Below, in pieces: positions 61,401 to 64,000 of a stretch of DNA of 64,000 bases (the stretch's first letter is position 1; every line of letters starts with the position of its first letter). Made by a program: the position numbers and the translations under genes. The notes under the pieces were generated by a model. The model made no database searches. It saw nothing but the letters and a program-made list of their open reading frames with translations, and was not told where the DNA came from. Origin of the DNA: Candidatus Cloacimonadales bacterium (GTDB lineage: Bacteria > Cloacimonadota > Cloacimonadia > Cloacimonadales > JAFGVF01); assembly GCA_963677495.2 (NCBI GenBank), contig CAXXOU010000003.1, positions 192,001 to 256,000 of the forward strand. The letters are read 5' to 3'.

Positions 61401-64000
61401 TTCTGTTAAAGTTAGATTCGGAGTACCTGTAATGTATAGTGCACCACCGGTTTGCCCATCTTGCCAATCATAGTTATCGAAGTTAACTCTCTTTGCATAC
61501 TCAAATTGGCAGTGATTGAATACTGCTGAATCAGTGCTATTACTGAGATGTATACCACCCCATCCACCTGCTTCCGGTTGAGTATAGTCATGCCATCCTG
61601 TTGTGTCTGCAATTGTGAAAGTAATAGGGTATACAGTAGAACCTTCTGCAATCAACGAGCCTTCCACATCTATACTGTAGTTTCCTTGAAACTCAACAAT
61701 AACATTCTGTGGAATAGTAAGTGTTACACCATCATCAATAGTCATGTTGCTATTGATTCTTACAACATCAGCCTCCCAAATAGTATCTTCAGATATGTTT
61801 CCTGAATGCTCAACAACATAAAGATTCTTGGGCTCCCATAACACTTCACCCAAGGATGCAAACTCGTCATCATCAAGTATTCGAGCATCAAGATCCAGTT
61901 CATAACCCCATGTATTAAAATATGCTTGAATTATATTGGCAGTACTGTTTTCAAGGATATATCCGTTTTCACTTTCACGCATAAAGGTGTTGTCACCCTT
62001 CGCAAACTGACTGTTCTCTCCAAGGTTTGGCAAAGCAGAACCAGCAATAGTTAGGCAAGGCGCATCTGAGGTATAAATCTCAGTTCTTCTTAAAACAGGG
62101 AAACCATTGTTGATAGCTACTCCAGCGTTCTGACTATTTAAAACTGTACAGTCATGTAGATATGAGTTAAGAGTATTATTCAAAGTTATGTTGGTTTCAG
62201 CATAAGCGAGTTTCACGAAGCTCATATGAGCTTCTGTATTACCTGCAACATTATCCGGATTTATGATTATTCCACCCCAATCCCCTTCAGATGGATTCTG
62301 AGTTATTCCCAAAACATCGTTACCTACAGAGTCATCAAAAATAGAGGTAAAAGTAATTGGGGCGTTTATATCTCCAATTGCTGAAAGGTTTCCATCGCTA
62401 ATACTCAAGCTACTACCTGAATTAGCTTTGATTATCACATCAGGATTAATGTTTACATCATAAGCCATGACTGCTCCATTAAGGATATATTCAGTTCCAA
62501 CCACATCAAGCACAGCAGGATCAGCTAACCAACCCTGAACACCAATATAGTCTGTAGATGAGAACTGATTATCATTAACGGCTAAACCTGTGAGTTCACT
62601 ATCTTCAAGGAAGATACTATAGACATTATTATTGAAAGAACAGTCTATAATATTCTCTGTTGAACCTGAAAAGAGTTGAATAGCAGAAGTTCCATTGTTA
62701 GCAAACGAGCAGTTTTGCAGATTGGGTGCTTGGAAAGAAGCTTTGAGTCCAACAGTCGAGTTATTACTTATAGATGAATTAACCATATTAAGTGTAACAT
62801 TATTATTACACAGCAGTGCCTGCCCATCTGCTCCTGCAAAGTTGATTGAAGTATAAGCTATGTCTGCAGTTGCATCAGCTGATAGTTTCAGACCTTCCCA
62901 GTCACCGGGATTAGGAGTTCCATCCCAGGCTTCCAAACTTGAAAAGATTATTGGCTCTGTCTCTGTTCCAATTGCAGTTAGACTTGTAAGAACACTTAAA
63001 GATGCATTTGTACTGCTTTCTCCAAGAACAGTAACACCTGGTTCAATAGTCAATTCATCCGCATAAACATCTGACCACAGTTCATAGTAATCAATATTAT
63101 CGGCATACAGAACAGCATTGTCACCTATATCACCTATCAAAACTATGTTTGCCACACCTTCAGGAAAGCTGAAGTTAGTGGTAGGTGTTAGATCTGAGTA
63201 GTAAAGTTTCACTGCCATCTGATTATTATAGAAGTAAGGATTAGTTAAACAAGCCATTGTGCTACTTGATATAGAAACACCTAAATCGTTATCCCTAAAA
63301 ACACAGTCAACAACAGAAGGTTCCTCACCAATAATTTCAATCCCTGTAGAGTTATCATATAATGTACAAGTATTGAATACAGGATCCGGTGACTCAACTT
63401 TACAACCGGTACCTAATGCATGACTAATCTCAACATTATCAAAGTTAAATGATGTGAATCTATCATCTATATGAACAGCTGGAGTATTATTCAAACCTGC
63501 ATACTTAATTTTCACATGGTCCAGTTCCACACTTGCAATGAAGCTGTGCCCTGCAGGAAGACCATCAAAATGCAAGCCACTCCAATCTCCGGGAGCAGGA
63601 GAAGTTGCATCTCCATCATTGTTAGTATCTCCACCGACACTATCATCTTTTAAGCTTGTAATATTAACAAATGTATCACCGGTACTCCAACTCATATCTA
63701 CTTCACCCATTATATTTAATGGATTGCCCGGTTTTACCTTTATGATTGCTCCATCTTCAACATTGATATCTTCAAACTCTAAAGGAGATTCAAAGACCCA
63801 AACATGATATGGTCTTAACCGTGATGTACTGCGAAATTGACCTGTAAGCGTGACCCCGTTAACCCCATTATCCACAAAGGTATTATAATTCGAGTTAGTA
63901 ATAATACCATTACTGAGTTCAACGGCATCTTCTTGATTGTTATAAAAATAGCAGTATGTTATACTAGAAAGAGGATAGTGATACATTAGAGTACCATCTA
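58446..64000 (-). CDS. Very large surface protein (right-handed beta-helix repeats, PKD, propeller-like and Ig-like domains); 5' end beyond the window
   Basis: Frame stays open to the window edge (..DGTLMYHY); repeated P..GDW.G and F..N.A..GGAI motifs; SPCIDAG..DIGAVE; PKD-like ADFTWSP. Confidence 0.85.
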   Translation of the reverse strand, partial: DGTLMYHYPLSSITYCYFYNNQEDAVELSNGIITNSNYNTFVDNGVNGVTLTGQFRSTSRLRPYHVWVFESPLEFEDINVEDGAIIKVKPGNPLNIMGEVDMSWSTGDTFVNITSLKDDSVGGDTNNDGDATSPAPGDWSGLHFDGLPAGHSFIASVELDHVKIKYAGLNNTPAVHIDDRFTSFNFDNVEISHALGTGCKVESPDPVFNTCTLYDNSTGIEIIGEEPSVVDCVFRDNDLGVSISSSTMACLTNPYFYNNQMAVKLYYSDLTPTTNFSFPEGVANIVLIGDIGDNAVLYADNIDYYELWSDVYADELTIEPGVTVLGESSTNASLSVLTSLTAIGTETEPIIFSSLEAWDGTPNPGDWEGLKLSADATADIAYTSINFAGADGQALLCNNNVTLNMVNSSISNNSTVGLKASFQAPNLQNCSFANNGTSAIQLFSGSTENIIDCSFNNNVYSIFLEDSELTGLAVNDNQFSSTDYIGVQGWLADPAVLDVVGTEYILNGAVMAYDVNINPDVIIKANSGSSLSISDGNLSAIGDINAPITFTSIFDDSVGNDVLGITQNPSEGDWGGIIINPDNVAGNTEAHMSFVKLAYAETNITLNNTLNSYLHDCTVLNSQNAGVAINNGFPVLRRTEIYTSDAPCLTIAGSALPNLGENSQFAKGDNTFMRESENGYILENSTANIIQAYFNTWGYELDLDARILDDDEFASLGEVLWEPKNLYVVEHSGNISEDTIWEADVVRINSNMTIDDGVTLTIPQNVIVEFQGNYSIDVEGSLIAEGSTVYPITFTIADTTGWHDYTQPEAGGWGGIHLSNSTDSAVFNHCQFEYAKRVNFDNYDWQDGQTGGALYITGTPNLTLTESTFEYCFAFKGGAIALENSSVNVSVCLFMNNRSVSDAGAIYINSGMPTIQDCSFTSNRTHFHQGFVGFRGGAIASFNSEATLTSNTFNSNIATRYGGAIYTNTDISSITSSTFTGNRAQKGGAYASEASDNTIQTNEFITNEATNDAGGAIWVSGNSDTVVYNNFFDSNTATRYAGAIYLDQCFANGDLQMFGNIYDSNSTSYATSYGGAVYVLSCDFELANETYWNNSSVNGGAIVFSYSGSPTVRNSILWDNTATAGDEVWIASDSVNPYFINCNVQGGVSEFGGNGAGVNYPTGHFYGSISEDPEFIDTTIDFSFTRLSPCIDAGSRNGLVPLTSDIYGNNRTINNHIDIGAVEFDGTPLRADFTWSPDNGVQPLIVDLQNTSIGNPTSLEWVFFGDRSGTETIFTELGEQSRTVRLTISDGTYTVSKTETITVNVVADSEFDNITRADIIAYENYLTTNPINEGNDAGMYEEGTIIYCKTDQNRYAKLKVLRTDNQLKVRWHTFDDNGNIYASGMIESLNMTDGIDLDGGTNSNGWDMMYYYNDQIIPINSAVLNVEPYTDIEIPISSITEAHYENSMLNLPFQIDNDGTANLDYTVIASSGSVRATRTEGELLETVNLMDMWNSKTGMAYAEGDIYIVGLTPMYSWGLMKIDTDTQMVTIIAEFFQFVPKGLAWDGSNFWVGNENGSILPYDINGVSSGSAVQLGSGQLYSFAITWTGSEFIACDYDAPNPTIYGFDNSGAQQWSASLTSGHSIKGLEWVQGHNRLWAVGTNMGTYSSHIFSMEISGTQATYQSGWDVQFSTLAGAIAHDGADLWLIAEFDSAMYRIDDGLTESQDAGWLSVSPASGTISPESSADLNITINPENLVEGSYDGSIIIQSNDEWNPLITIPVAFTYQPGSVGVPLLTLSIENGNATLNWDNVALADSYNIESAPSPNGPWTTEVANYNTTQWTTQANEDKKFWRVRAVRNSRNRMFRRGR

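Noticed and set aside
416..63807. Many short ORFs nested in or antisense to long genes
   Set aside because: Shadow frames of well-supported CDSs with no recognisable motifs

Overview
AT-rich bacterial chromosomal window from a diderm organism. Several secreted proteins end in a YPNPFN...W(D)G...SG(V/I)Y FlgD-Ig/T9SS-like tail, which together with the gene set suggests Candidatus Cloacimonadota (inference). Contents in order: a porin-pstSCAB operon with a four-repeat Pho-box-like site; an intact IS21-family element (4550-6909, 7-bp target duplication); housekeeping and envelope genes (M18 aminopeptidase, CpoB-like, bamD, nadD, tkt, FKBP, ruvB, lgt, etfB); an FGE-domain plus catalytically dead caspase-like pair; an Hpt / degenerate hybrid kinase / Cys-rich PAS kinase cluster; a RhuM-hypothetical-GH3 run; an orphan GlmL-type ATPase fusion; polysaccharide genes; and large modular surface proteins. 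The most unusual signal is non-coding. A dispersed repeat carrying a pair of inverted DnaA-box matches occurs three times, and the IS21 sits inside one copy. Several intergenic arrays have an exact 11-bp period and flip orientation midway, with a different core motif at each locus. There are also REP/MITE-like hairpin repeats. Two genes carry single-base frameshifts that may be sequencing errors. No tRNA, rRNA or CRISPR array was recognised.
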